The notes under the pieces: generated by a model
Database searches by the model: none
The model's input: only the letters and a program-made list of their open reading frames with translations
Told to the model about the DNA's origin: nothing
Shown here: in pieces, positions 9,858-24,000 of the stretch
Numbering within the stretch: position 1 is the first letter of the stretch
How the letters are laid out: the number at the start of each line of letters is the position of its first letter
Position numbers and translations under genes: made by a program
Origin: a virus
Length of the DNA stretch: 64,000 nucleotides
Strand: one strand, 5' to 3'
Virus record (IMG/VR): IMGVR_UViG_3300027969_003010
Coordinates: 6,856 to 70,855 of that record

Positions 9858-10008
9858 ACTTTGGCGCATTTGGGCTAAGGCTTTAGGAGAAAAATCAGGC
9901 AGTTCGGACGAGGAATCGGACCGAATTGCTTGCATTCGTACTGTAATTGTGTTAATATATGTTATCACAAACTTTTTTATAATCGCAGGCGTCATAAGGC
10001 ATTGGTAA
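9811..10008 (+). CDS. Small membrane protein
   Basis: C-terminal hydrophobic helix; stop overlaps the uvsE ATG (TAATG); exact start uncertain. Confidence 0.6.
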   Translation: MKYLNTEPTRPSTKAKLWRIWAKALGEKSGSSDEESDRIACIRTVIVLIYVITNFFIIAGVIRHW

Positions 10009-11036
10009 TGGGCAAAATAGGCTTCGCATGTAAATGGATCGACCATCCTGATCAAGTAAACGGCATCAAGAAAGACGACGGTGCTAAACAATACAACACT
10101 GGTACAACTACCATAAGTTGGTTAAATAGACAGTCGAAAGACGTAGCAGAGCAAAAGCTCTGGGATCTAATGGTCCAAAATCTAGCGGCTACACAAAAAC
10201 TTGTAGACCGTGTGGGAGAACTCAATGAAAATCTTAGGATGGTTCGCCTTAGTAGCGACATTCTTCCTGCTTATACCCAGCCTGATTGGAGTTATTTTTG
10301 GCGCCGCCCTGACGTTGTCAGCTATCTTGAGCGCAATTTTAGCCTTATTGGTCTTAGTGCTCGTACAAGCAATACCCGTCTTTCTATGCATCCTGGCCAG
10401 TTTGTTGTTCTTGCTAGTATTAACGAAGGTATTGTTGGGAGAAGTATAGAAGAATTTGAATATCATGCTGACATGGCTCGTTACATGGGCTACGGCAAGA
10501 AATTCCAAGACTTTAAAATTAACGTACATATCAGTGGCAAACTAGGCCCTGATGGTATTCGTGAAGCTTATAAGAAATTAAGCAACGAAGCACGTAACTG
10601 TATTACAATTGAAAATGAAGAAAACTCATGGGGTCTAGATGACTGTTTATCTATTAGCGATATCGTTCCTATTGTGCTCGATATTCACCATCATTGGATT
10701 CGCGAAGGGGAATATATCCTTCCAACAGACAATCGTGTTAAGCGTGTCCTGGATAGTTGGCGTGGTCTGCGCCCTACTATGCATTATTCAGTTAGTCGTG
10801 AAGATTACCTTGTGGGCCATGACCAACTTATCGCACCTGTTCATGCCCAACTACTTCTAGATGGGTATAAGAAACAAAAGCTGAGGGCACACAGCGACTT
10901 TTATTGGAATCAAAAAACAAACGAATGGGCAATAACTTTTCTAAACCAGTTCGACATAATGTGCGAAAGCAAGGGCAAAAACCTCGCCAGCATGGAACTG
11001 TACAATCAAGCCAAAAGCTATCTCGAGAACAACTAA
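10008..11036 (+). CDS. uvsE: UV DNA damage endonuclease (UvsE/UVDE)
   Basis: IGFAC start, RLSSDILP, RLSMHPGQF, INVH, TIENEE, VLDIHHH, HYS, AHSDF; likely start is the ATG at 10008. Confidence 0.9.
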   Translation: MGKIGFACKWIDHPDQVNGIKKDDGAKQYNTGTTTISWLNRQSKDVAEQKLWDLMVQNLAATQKLVDRVGELNENLRMVRLSSDILPAYTQPDWSYFWRRPDVVSYLERNFSLIGLSARTSNTRLSMHPGQFVVLASINEGIVGRSIEEFEYHADMARYMGYGKKFQDFKINVHISGKLGPDGIREAYKKLSNEARNCITIENEENSWGLDDCLSISDIVPIVLDIHHHWIREGEYILPTDNRVKRVLDSWRGLRPTMHYSVSREDYLVGHDQLIAPVHAQLLLDGYKKQKLRAHSDFYWNQKTNEWAITFLNQFDIMCESKGKNLASMELYNQAKSYLENN

Positions 11037-11158
11037 TACATCGGTTGGAAACTCTTAGAGAAGAGCTAGAAGAAAATCCTAATTTGAATGAACAGCGTCA
11101 AGCTCGTATTCAAGAGGATATGGCTCGATACTCTGAGCAATTAAAACGATTTGAATAA
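10904..11158 (+). CDS. Hypothetical coiled-coil protein (start uncertain)
   Basis: Fills the gap between uvsE and a terminator; overlaps the uvsE 3' end. Confidence 0.35.
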   Translation: MESKNKRMGNNFSKPVRHNVRKQGQKPRQHGTVQSSQKLSREQLIHRLETLREELEENPNLNEQRQARIQEDMARYSEQLKRFE

Positions 11159-11184
11159 TAGGGCATTGCGCCCTATTATTATTT
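11154..11184. terminator. Bidirectional terminator
   Basis: AATAATAGGGC-attgc-GCCCTATTATT between convergent genes. Confidence 0.75.
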
Positions 11185-11385
11185 TGCCGCTTTTGGAGTA
11201 CGAGGCTTTTTAGCCGCCGGTGCTTTCTTAGCCGCTGGCTTTTTAGCTGGCGCCATTGATTCAACAACTGCCTCAACTGCTTTGTCAGAAACGGTGCTTA
11301 CAACTGGTGCTTCTACTTTGTAAGGCACTTCTGCTACTACTTCCGCAGGTTTGCCTGTAAAAAACTCTTTAATTTGTTTGAACAT
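11179..11385 (-). CDS. Small protein with Lys/Ala/Pro-rich (histone H1-like) tail
   Basis: PAKKPAAKKAPAAKK tail; AGGAGG RBS and TATAAATA (11408-11415, minus strand) upstream. Confidence 0.7.
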   Translation of the reverse strand: MFKQIKEFFTGKPAEVVAEVPYKVEAPVVSTVSDKAVEAVVESMAPAKKPAAKKAPAAKKPRTPKAAK

Positions 11386-11418
11386 TTTATGTTCCTCCTT
11401 AGTGATTTATTTATACAG

Positions 11419-11706
11419 TTATAATTGGCTAATTGTTTTTAAACTACTGGCCGGAATGTCCCACACTTTACGTGCTTCTACTCCTTTAGTTTGTGCAAAC
11501 TTTTTAGGGTCGCAGTCTGCACATACGTGGTAAAAGTTGTTGTTTATCCGTTTAGGATCCATTGATCCTTTATCTCGATATATTACTTCACTGCAACTAT
11601 CACATTGTAATACTACTACTGTCTTTTTACGGGCATAGGTATGTGTTTTACCACGGCTACTTGAGCGTACATGGTGTGATTCTCTAAACTCGGTGCGTAT
11701 GAACAT
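11419..11706 (-). CDS. Small putative zinc-binding protein
   Basis: CDSC and CADC pairs; GTAAATA motif upstream on the minus strand. Confidence 0.65.
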   Translation of the reverse strand: MFIRTEFRESHHVRSSSRGKTHTYARKKTVVVLQCDSCSEVIYRDKGSMDPKRINNNFYHVCADCDPKKFAQTKGVEARKVWDIPASSLKTISQL

Positions 11707-11765
11707 ATACTATTTACATTAAGATTATAAAATTCGTTTGATAAATATTGTATCGAGGGCACACT

Positions 11766-12089
11766 GTGATTACAATTTCTGATTCAGCAAAAACAAAGAT
11801 TAAAGATTTACTGTACGAAGAAGGTAATCCTAACTTGGCATTACGCACTTTTGTACAAGGCGGGGGCTGTAGCGGATTTAGCTATGGATTTACCTTTGAC
11901 GAAATTACAAACGAAGACGATTTTGAAATACCCTTAGACGAATTTAAAGTACTTGTAGACAGTATGAGTATGACATATCTGCAAGGTGCAGAAATAGATT
12001 ACAAAGAAGAACTCATGGGCAGTTCTTTTACAATTAAAAACCCAAATGCAAGTACTACTTGCGGATGCGGTTCTAGCTTCGGAGTTTAA
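11766..12089 (+). CDS. erpA: A-type Fe-S cluster carrier (ErpA/IscA/HesB family)
   Basis: GGGCSGFSY and CGCGSSF motifs; probable GTG start after GAGGG. Confidence 0.88.
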   Translation: MITISDSAKTKIKDLLYEEGNPNLALRTFVQGGGCSGFSYGFTFDEITNEDDFEIPLDEFKVLVDSMSMTYLQGAEIDYKEELMGSSFTIKNPNASTTCGCGSSFGV

Positions 12090-12094
12090 TAAAC

Positions 12095-15000
12095 ATGGCA
12101 CGTCAAGAAATAGACATTGGTATACAAGGTAATGACGGAACAGGCGATAGTATTCGTGACTCGTTCCGTAAGGTTAATGATAACTTTGCTGAGATTTATG
12201 CAGTTTTTGGATCTGGAGGTACAATTCCATTTACAGCATTAAGTGATGCGCCAAGCTCTTATACTGCTAATCAAATATTCATTACAAACAGTTCTGGTAC
12301 AGGAATTCTTGCTAAGACACTTGCACGTCGTGGTGGAGTAACTTTTGACGAATCTGTAGCCGGTGTATTAACTATTGTTGGTACTCAAAGTAACTTGGCC
12401 GCAGACCCAGCGCCACGTTTAAACGGGCCGCTAAACGTTAATAATCTAGCTATTGGTAACATTCCTGATCCAAGCGACACACTAGTTGCATCATTTAATT
12501 CAACCTATTCAAGCCTTGGTATTACTACTACTATTGATAAACTTGCAATTAGCAAAGGATATGCCGATACCCACTACGTGGGCAAGGGTGACGGCAACGT
12601 TGTAGTAGGTGCGTTAAAATTACGTGACGAGCCACTAACTCCTGAATTAACAGATTCAGCTTATGATGCAACATTGAGCAGTAACTACCTAAGTAACGAA
12701 GCATTGCCACGTAAATCAGTTGTTTATCGCGGTGGTGATACCATGCTAGGTAAACTTACACTAAGCGATCACCCTGCTCCGGTAGCAGGATTTGGTACAC
12801 CTAACAGTGCTGATGATAAACAGGCCGCTACAAAATTTTATGTTGATAACGAAGTATTTGTCAGCTCAACAAACTTGTATGTTCGTACAGACGGCGATGA
12901 TACACAATTAAAAACACCTCCTGGCCGTGAAGGTCGCAACTGGGCACACGCCTATAAGACCATTGGAGCGGCCGCTTTACAAGCTGAAACTTTACAAAAT
13001 CTTGCAAATTTAGAACCTGGACCTTATCGTCAGAAAATTGCATATACTATTAGCCCTAATACGTTTAATTCTACTATTTCTACAGTAACTCGATCTGGTG
13101 GAAATACTGGTATTGCTGGGTATGAAGATGCGGCTTTTTTGCTTGGTGCTAACAAAGCATTTATTCAATCGGAAACTATTGCTTACATTAACAACAAATA
13201 TGTTAACATATTCACATATGACCAAGCAAAGTGTCAGCGCGATGTACAAATTATTTTAAATGCTGTTGCTACTGACCTTGTTATTAGCTCCAACTTTAAT
13301 AGTTTGCAAGCCGCTACTTCTTACTTTGAAAGTCAAGCGGCAAGTGTTATAAACAGTCAATTAGTTCAAACTATTGACGGTATTAACTATGCTAGAGATC
13401 AAGTGCTGGCCTTTGCATATAATTCATCAGGACTTACTACATATCTTAACACTGTAATCGATGCATTAAACTATGATATGACTTTGAATTCTAACTATCA
13501 AAGTACTGTTGCCGCTCGATATTTTCCTTATGCAAACACTGGGTTAAGTGTTACTGAAATAGTAGGAGCATTTGGACAGCTTAAATTAGAACTAGCTAAT
13601 ATTGCTAAGAATAACGGACTTACTGTTGATTTAGCAGTAACTCGATTTAATAATTTACTAAACAGTATGATTATTATAGTCCAAGGCGGAATTGAACCAA
13701 CTATTAATATGTCAGCAACTAGTGTATCTAGTACTGCTAAACAAAGTGCTAGAACACTATTATTAAACAATATTGCATTTGTACAAGCTGAAATTATTGC
13801 ATGGTTAGCCGCAAACTATCCTAAACTTGCATATAGTCAAACTACTTGTAAGCGCGATGTTAAGTATATTATAGAGGCGGTGGCATACGATCAACTATAT
13901 GGAGGAAATAGTCGTACTGTCTATGCTGGACAACGTTATTGGGCTAATGCTGTAAGACAAATTGCCTATAGTGAATTAGCCGCTACTAAGGGTGCCTATG
14001 GATATTTAAAAACATTATTACAAGCAGTCATCAGTAATAATAGTCCATCGCAAGTCTATCAAAATAGTGTTATTCAGTATCAAAATCAAACCTACACTGG
14101 TGGCAGTGGGCAGATTGCAACTGTTTCTAATTTAATATCATTAATAGCAGGAACAACTATTGCTACAGCATCGACAAACTCTAGTACTGGAATTTCCACT
14201 ACTAGTACGTCTAACCTTACTGTTGGAATGCCTGTCATTATTGATAACTCTACTCCAATCACAGTTACCGGATTCCAAACTAAATCAGGTTCAGGTCCAT
14301 ACTTAGTAACCTTGATAATACCAACACAATTAACTGCTCCAATAGCTGGTACATCGTTTACTGTTAGTGGTAATGTAACTACTGGTTATAACGGCATAGT
14401 TACAGTTTTCAGTGCTACAACAACTTCTATAACATTAAGTTATTCAGCTAATCCAGGTTCATGGGGCGGCGGCACAACTATTATTACTCCATATTTTGGA
14501 GGTCTTATTGCTGGCGGAACTTACTACGTTATAGAAATTACAAATGCTACTCAATTTAAATTAAGTACAAGTCTTGGCGGTACCGCGGCAACATTAACTA
14601 ATGCATTAGTTTATACAAATATAACATGGAATGGATTACTAACTGCTAATACTCCTCCTGCAATTACTCCTCCAACTTATTCTGCTGGTGCAAGTCCATT
14701 GCCAACAGTGTACACTAATGTGAATAATAATAAAGGAACTGCAACTACTGGTCCAATTTTTAATGTAATTACATTTGTTAATAACACATATCCATACATT
14801 AACAATGCTCCTGCAATTGCACAACTTACAACTTTATTTAAATTTGTTACTGATACGCTTTCTGGTGGTTTATCAAATAGAGAACTGGTATCGTTAACTA
14901 AGCCAACTTCTACATCTACATCGGCATTTAGTGCTAGTAAATTACTTTTAGCTAACCGTGAATTTATTGCGGCGGAAACATTAGGGTGGATTAAACAGAA

Positions 15001-18000
15001 TTATAATTCGTTAACTTATGTTGCTACCGATGGACAAATACAATGGGAAAAGGATTTAGAAACTTTTGTAGAAGCAGTGGCCTACGATTTAACTTACACA
15101 GGATTAAGCGGATCAACTACCGCTGGTAATCAATTCTGGACTAGTGCAATAGTAAACGGATCTGTAGTTTATACCAGCACAATCGATCCTATTGAAAGTA
15201 CAGCTAAAATAGCCAGTATTAACTATGCTCGAGATATGGCCCAGAATATTATTGGTAATGATCCTCCAAACAACTTATATCAAAGTCTATTACCAAAAGT
15301 TGCTACTTTTTCAACTAAGACTGGAACAGCTCCGTGTTTAGTTACATTAGATATTCCTGCAAGAGTGATTCCAATTCAAGTAGGAGCAACTATTACTGTT
15401 ACTGGAAACTCAAATGTTTCTTACAATGGAAATTGGGCAGTAACAGCAAGCACAGGTACTACTGTAACATTATCCTATGCCGGTGATCCAGGAGTGTGGA
15501 GTATTGCGACCACAACCTATTTCAATATTGGACAAACTACTAGCGGAACATATATAGACGGTGCAAGTAGTGTGACCTCAATGAACGAAAAGTGGGATAG
15601 ATTATATAGTGTTGTTAATACAAACCCGCCAAATTTAGTTACAACAGGCCCTGATTTTGCAAACAGTTCGTATGCTAGTACTGGTTATGTTGCTGTACGA
15701 AATGTAATTGTATCTAATTCGCTTACCGTTGCTCAAGCAACTACCACGTATTTGAACAACAAATTCAAAGGCGGTTTTAGTTATAACGAAGCAACCTGCC
15801 GTCGTGACGTTGGTTATATTGTCGATGCTATGATTATTGATTTATTAACTGCTGGAACATATCAAAGTATCAATGCAGGTAAAAGCTATTATAGAAATGC
15901 CAGTGCTAAATCTGTGGCCATTGGCACACAAAATACAGAAACTATTGACGGTATTATATATGCTAGAACTCTAGCATTACAAGTATTAAATCAAACTACA
16001 GCTAGTCGTTATCAACTGTTGGTTACTCAAACACCAACTAACGGCAGTAAAAATGCAAATCGAGGATATAGTGCAACAGCTACATATTCAAGTGCTTCAA
16101 GTACTACATTGACTGTATCAGGAATTAGTGGAACTATTAAAGTTGGTATGACTGTTACTGGTACAGGTTTTATTTCTGGACAAGTTATTACCGCAGTTAA
16201 TGGAACAACTCTTACAATAAGTAGCGCGGCCGATAGTACACCAAGCGGTACACTGACATTTACGCTTACTGCTATTACAACTTTTACCAATAACTATAAT
16301 ACAATGTTAAGCATTGTACAAAACGGTATTGGTGTTGCACCAACACCTGATTTTGGGTCAGGAATTTATACCATTACATTTAGCAATGGTGGCAACGGGT
16401 ATGTTGACCAATGTCCACCCGGCGACTTTAATATCCTTCCAGGTAAGATTCTAGCAGGAGTGTCAAGCAAAGCTACTGCTAATATTTTAAGTTATACTCC
16501 TGGTGGATCTGGCCCTAATGACACTATTACTTGTCAGCTGTTAACTCCTGGATTCTTTGATGATATTAATCATGAAGAATTAGAATATGCTGAAAGTGTC
16601 GGCGCAAATCAAATTGTTATTTTTGTTGAGGCTGGAGTTTATCAAGAAGACTATCCAATTCGTTTATCGCCTGCGGTGTCAATTAAGGGTGACGAATTCC
16701 GTAGAACTATTGTTCGACCTAATGATCGTATCAGTCAAAGCCCGTGGCGCAAACTGTTCTTCTACCGAGATTCAGTTATTGATGGATTACAAATTGGACC
16801 TATTGATACTGGTACTGATTATGTTCCAACTACAACCATTGTTGGATTTGTAAGCACTACTAGCGTTGGCGGTGGTTTATATAATGTACTCTTTAATATT
16901 CCAACACAAACATATTTGCCAAACACAAGTTTAACTTATACAATTGCAGGAAATGCTACCTTACCGTTTAACGGAACATTTACATGTGTTGCAAGTACAT
17001 TGTCAACTATTACACTTCGTTATCCTAATGATCCAGGAACATTTAGTACTACAAATGCTACTACAATTAGCCCATTAGTTACAGCCACAATTAGTGGAAC
17101 TGTTGGTAAAATTATTATTACTTTAAGTAGCAATAGTCAAGCAAGCGTAAACTGGTTAGGATATGTATTCCAATCTGATGTATTAGATTCTAATGGCAAA
17201 CCTGGTTTAGCGGTTGTTGACAGTGTGTCCGGCAACTTTATGAACTGTACCGTAATGTATCCGTTTACTCAAACGGCTGTTGCAACTACTAACTCACTTG
17301 GCGGCTCATTTATTGTAGGCGAAACAATTACGCAATCGGGCGGTGGAACTACTGCTACAGGTGTAGTAATTTCTTCAACTTCAACCAGTATAACATATAA
17401 AGTTACTTCTGGAATTATGTCCAACGTTAATGGTGCAATTACTGGTAATACAAGTAGTGCAAGTGCTAGTGTAAGTTCAATTACATTTGGTGTTCTTGCT
17501 CCAACTAGCTGGCACTTATATACAACTAAAAATTATGGACGTCATTACTTAACAGACCCGTTAGATATTAACAGTACTCCTAAAAACAATAAAGATATCG
17601 ACGTGTTCCTATGCGGCGACGGTGTGCGTGTTAACAATATTACTGGGCAAGGCCACGGCGGCTTTATGATGGTGCTTGATCCAGAAAATCAAATTAAATC
17701 TAAGTCACCGTACGGCCAAGTAGCTACCAGCTTCTCACGTAGCCAAAACAAACAGGTGTTTGCTGGCGGACAATTTGTTGACGGATTTGCTGGACGACTA
17801 TTTGGCCAAATCACTGTAGCAAGTGCAGACGGATACACACTAACTGTTACCGGTGGAATTAATAGTGGTTTAGATGTACGTGCCCCACAAACCCCATGTG
17901 CTTTCTTTGTACGCGGTGGACGATATCAAGTCAACACAGTAAGCAATTATGCCCAAACATTTGACGTTAACGGAAACGTTATTGGCGGTAGCATTACATT

Positions 18001-21000
18001 GAATCTTGGTGCGGCCACGCCGTGGCTAGGTGGTACTGGCCAAAATATTAATATTGAAATGGCTGGTAACAAATCCATGCTTGCCAATGACTTTGCACAG
18101 ATTAATGATTTAGGTTATTCAATACTTGCAACCAACGGTGGTATTACTGAACAAGTTTCAACATTTACTTACTATTCATGGACAGCATTCTGGGCATTGA
18201 ATGGTGGACAAATTCGTTCTGTTGGTTCATCATCAGCGCACGGACAGTATGCGTTACGTGCTACTGGTTATGATGTAACTGAAAAACCAGATAGTGTAAC
18301 ACTTGCACAAAACTTAATGCAAACTGCACGTATCTTTAACCCAACTAACTTGCCAGGCAGTATCACTCCTAACGCATTCTACGGAAAAATGAACACAACT
18401 AGTGTTAGTGTTTATATCTACGGTTACGATTATTTTCCAACACAGATTAGTGAATTAGAAATTGATCATACATTAGCAGGTAAAGGCCTTGTACGTTATC
18501 AAATTAACAGCGTAAGTCATACAGGCGTTTACGTACCAACAGGAAGTGTTGGTAGTAATTTTTATTATGTAACTGCTACATTTGCATCTGGTAGTACAAG
18601 CAGTACCACTATGACAGTTAGTTCTACAACTGGTATTAAGGCTGGGATGTCTGTTACTGGTACTGGATTTACTCAAGGTCAAAAAATTGCTCTTGTTAGT
18701 TTAGATGGAATTACTTTAACATTAACTGGTGCTCCGGATTCTACTCCAAGCGGAACATTAACTTTCAGTGACACTATAACAGTTAGTGGATCAGTATTAG
18801 GTGGAACTTCTAGTACATTCAGTGCCAACAGTACTATATCACTAAATTATCTTTCAAGTGTAGGAACACTGGCCGCTATTAAAACAAGTCCGGCGTTGTT
18901 AATACAAGGATACTTGAGCAAAACTGGTACTGGGCCATATTTGGTAACATTCCAAATTCCAACACAATTAAGTGCGCCTACACCAAGTGCTGGTTATGTA
19001 GTTAGTGGTAATGCTAATACAAACTATAACGGTTCATTCACTGTCCAATCAAGTTCAGTAAGTACTATTACAATTAGTTATGCAAGCGATCCAGGAACAT
19101 TTAGTACTACAAATTACACTGTTATTATGCCGCCGGCAACAACAGCCGCAACATTCTTAAGAAAGACAGGATCGGGCGCAAACTGGTATGTTACTTTTGT
19201 AATCAGTGCAGTAACTACTCTTCCACTAGTAGGAGGACAATTTACTATTGCTGGTAATACAACTACAGCGTATAACGGTACATTTGTTTGCGTTGGTAGC
19301 ACATTAACCAGTATAACATTACGTTATACATCAGACCCGGGTTCAAGCGGCGGAAGTGCAACTACATACAATTTCAACGGTTGTACTATCAGTGGCCCTA
19401 ATGTTCCATTTGGCGCTACCGCTTTGGCAACAACTAGTGGCAATACAATTATTTTAAGTGCTAACGCAACTGCATCAGGGTCAGGATTAACATTTAGTTC
19501 TAATGCAGGTAACGATTTAACTGCTTATGTTACTGGAACAACTAATACCGCAGTATCTACATTTACCTATAAAGGTATTCCAGTTGCAGGCGGTAGTGCT
19601 ACATATACCAATTTGTATCAAACTTCAAGTAGTGCTATTGGAGTTTATGCAAACTTTAATATTAACATAACTCCAAACTTTGGAGGCGGCACAATTGGTA
19701 CCATTGCAGGATCAGGAACTTCTGGTGCACCATGGACTGCTACTATTACAGGTATGACTTCTACTTCTGGTATGTTGGTAGGTAACACATTAAGTGCTAC
19801 TGCCGGTACCGGTACGTTATACGGAGGTACTCCAACTACTATTGTTATTACAAGTATTGTATCAAGCACAAGCATTACCTATGCTGTAGTTGGAGGTACA
19901 ACTCCTACTGCTGGTACAGTTACATCTATTATATCTGCCAGTGCGTTTACTAGTGCAACAATTGGCGGACAAAACGTTCTGTTACTAACACTAAGTACCA
20001 GTGGTTCAGGTGGTGTAAGTAGTACAGGTCTTGCGTCTCCGTTATATGATGGCCAACTTGTACAACTACGTGTTTTACAAAACTTTAAGTTTTACGAAAT
20101 TGATAACGTTAACCCAACTCGTCCAAGTACTGCGGTACAATTTACTGACAACTTAGGTAGCATCTATCGTGTTTTAACATATAACTTAACAGAAGCTACA
20201 AATGAAATATTGCCGGCTAATCAGGCTATTCTAAGTACTGACCAGTCTTTTGCATATTATCTATTCCAAGCAGATACTGCTAACGTTACTAAGACCGATC
20301 CAATTGATGGCGGTGCAAAGACCATGGGTGCTACACCAGGGGATACACGAATTGCGGTTACCGTATTTGGACCACAGGCAAGTATTGACCAAGTTAATAA
20401 AGGAACTTATGCATTTGCGTTTGGCGGTAAAGTACATCAAATTGTAAATTACACACCGCCAGTAACAACAACTATTATTACAGGTTATAACCCAACAGGT
20501 AGTTCTGGAACTACACTTGTAGTTGGAGGAACATTTACAGGCACAATAACTAGCGGTTCTGCATCAATAACTAGCGTGGCTAGTTTTACTGGGCTAGTAG
20601 TTGGTGAAAGTATTAGAGGATTTGGTATTCCAGCTGGTACTACTATTATTAGTATTAATACTGGAACAAGTAGCATTAGTTTAAGTTCAGCAGGTGTTGC
20701 TAGTAGTTCTGCTACATTCTTATACGGTGGTGCCGGCAACCTTGTTACTGGTATGACTGTCAGTGGTAATGGATTTATTAATGCACAACAGATATTAACT
20801 ATTAATCCTAATACTATTGCATCTTTTGCTATTGCTGATTCCGTGGGTACTATTACTGTTACTAGCGGAACTTACATAGTAGGTGAGGCAATTACAATTA
20901 GCGGAACATTTGGTGGTGCTGGTACACTAGTAGTTGGTGGTACAACATATGGTGCATCCAACACTGCTAATATGACTGCGGGAGTTATTTTCTACATTGG

Positions 21001-24000
21001 TAAAGTAAACAGTGGAACAAGTATTCAATTGTCTAGCACATACGCTAACGCAATTGCTGGTACTCCAACATTTATTACAAGTACTACTGGAACCCCAACT
21101 GGATTAACTTATTCAAGAATCAGCAATAACGTTGTGTTAAGTATAGCTCCAACCAGTACACCAAGTGGTAGTTTAACATTTACCAAAGCAACAATTCCTT
21201 ATATTACATTAGGTGATATCAAATATAGCATTACAAGTACAAGTGCAACACCTATTACAGTTACTAGACCAATAAGCAGAGGTCAAGTGGCGGTTACATA
21301 TCAACCAACAGGTAGCGTTACAGGTAACACTGTAAGTGGAAGTCCTAATATTCTTGGCGTATCTAGCTTAACTAATATTGTTGCTGGTTCAAGTATTCAG
21401 GGTGCAGGTATACCTAGTCAGTATGTTGTAACTGCTGTTAGTACAACAAGTCCAAGCACTATTAATCTAGTTGATGGAAGCGATGTAGTAGTTGGTAATA
21501 CAATTACGTTTGATCCAAGTCAACCAAGTTTTGGTGGAATTCCAGTTAAAGGTGGATTAAACAGTTCAACAACTTATACAACTGTCACTGGTACCAGTGT
21601 TACTAGTGCGGCAACATATACGGCTGTAGTAACCAAATCTAGTAGCGGTAAAGGTACTGGTGCAAAATTTACTGTTGTAAAAACTGGCTCTGGCACTTCA
21701 TACAACGGTGCAGTTACAATTACACTAGTTTCGCAAGGTGCGAACTATGCATTAACCGATACTATTACAATTAGTGGAGCAGTGTTAGGTGGTGGTGATA
21801 GTACTAACGACATGACATTTACGTTGGCTACTGCTGTTAACCAAGCGGCTTATTATGTTGTCAGTAAATCAACTAACGCAATAACTATTGCAACAACATT
21901 AGGCGGCTCTGCATTAACAAACATTACTACTGTAGCGGCAACAAGCACCATTGCTAGTTTTGCATTTGCTGATACTGTTGGTACTGCTACTGTTACAAGT
22001 GGAACATACACAATAGGTCAAGCTATTACTTTAACAGGAACTCCAACTGCTGGCGGCATTACTACTCCAGCGTATGTTACTGGAACAACTTATTATGTTG
22101 GTAAAGTAACTAGTGGAACTAGTATTCAACTTACTAGCTCATGGGTTAAAGCAACTCTTGCTATTCCAGTATTTGATTTATCAACTACTATTGGCACATT
22201 AACTCCAGGTGTAACTGCTACATTAACACAACCGTCTATTAATGGACGTACAGATAATTTGGTTATAAGCACAAGTAGTACAACAACATTTACAGCTACT
22301 CCTGATAATTCCAGTACTACTTTGACATCGGTTAGTAGTTTTGCTAACTTAGTAGTAGGTGCTACCATTACTGGAACTAATATTGTTGCTGGTACAATCA
22401 TTACAGCATTGAATGTTGCTGGAAGTACTATTACAATGAGTTCTGCCGCTAGCGGTGCGCCCGGCCCAGTTCTTATTACATGTTCAACAAACACTATTGT
22501 AACTAGTGCAAATTCAACAGCTACCGCAACAGATCAATTTATCACTTATAACAATTTAAGTACAACAATTAAAATTTTTACAAACGAAAGAAGTCAGTTT
22601 ATTGTTGCAGGAATGACTATATTTGGTAGCGGATTTACTAGCGGACAAACTGTTACTTCAGCAACAGTAAGTACAGCCGGCGATAATGCTACTGTTCTTG
22701 TTATTAGTGCGCAACCTGATAGTACACCATTTGGAACATTAGGATTTACAACTTTAACTAGTAACAGCGGCCCTTGGTACACAACATTACAAATACCAAC
22801 TCAAAGTGTTGCTCCTGTAGTTGATACATTCTATTCTGTAACAGGCAACGGTAATAGTGGTTATAATCAATTTGTACAATGCGTAGGTAGTTCAACTACT
22901 AGCATTACTTTAGCATACAGTACTGATCCAGAAACTGTAACTATAACTACATATAACCCAACTGGTTCTAGCGGCACAACAATGAAAGTTGCAAGTACTA
23001 CTGGTATCAACATTGGAGATTTAATACGTGGTGGTGGCACTGGTGGTTTCTTCTTAGGCCAAACTGTTACTGCAATTGTTGACGGTGTTACATTAACTAT
23101 TAGTGCTCCTCCAAGTGGAACACCTAATGGTAACTTGACATTTAATGATCCGTTCTTAGTGGCCGCACCAACTACTATTACTCCAATTATTACTGGTATT
23201 AGTCGTGCAATGAGTACTGTAACATCAACTCCGTTACGTGCTGGTTACTTGCAAGGAACAGCCGCACAGATTACTACACGTATTAGTACTTGCCGTTGTT
23301 CAGCACATGACTTGTTGGACATTGGTACTGGTGGTTACAATACTACTAACTACCCATATCAAATTTATGGTAACCCTTATCAAAAGGCAGATCAAACTAA
23401 AGAAGTGTTAGAAGAAACAGTTGGTCGTGTGTTCTATGTGACCACTGACCAAAACGGTATCTTCCGTGTAGGTCGATTCTTTACAGTTGACCAAGGTACT
23501 GGTACAGTTACATTCTCCGCATCCATTGCGTTGAGTAACTTGGACGGTTTAGGATTCAAGCGTGGTGTTACAGTTAGTGAATTCTCAACAGACAGTTCAA
23601 TGACAAACAATGCATCAGATACTGTGCCAACACAATCTGCGGTACGTGGATACATTGACAACAGACTAGGTGTACAACACTCAGGTGCTACAACTCCAGC
23701 TACATCGTTGATTGGTTCAGGATATATGAACCTAAGCGGACAGTTACCAATGAAAGGTAACCTGTCAATGGGCGGATTTACTATTGGTAGTGTAGGAACT
23801 CCAATCTTAAATACCGATGCAACAACTAAAATTTATGTTGACAACGTTGTTAACTCTCGAGATAGTTTGTACAAGTTAAAAGATACTGCGGCAAATATGC
23901 AGTTAAATTTTGCCAATGCACAACTCCCCGTATGGAGTTTTGCAACTACAAATAACAATTCAACAGCTGGTGCATGGACTAATGCAGGATTTGATATTTC

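Noticed and set aside
9930-10007. Longer N-terminus for uvsE given by the ORF track
   Set aside because: Family similarity starts at MGKIGFAC (10008), which is coupled to the upstream stop.
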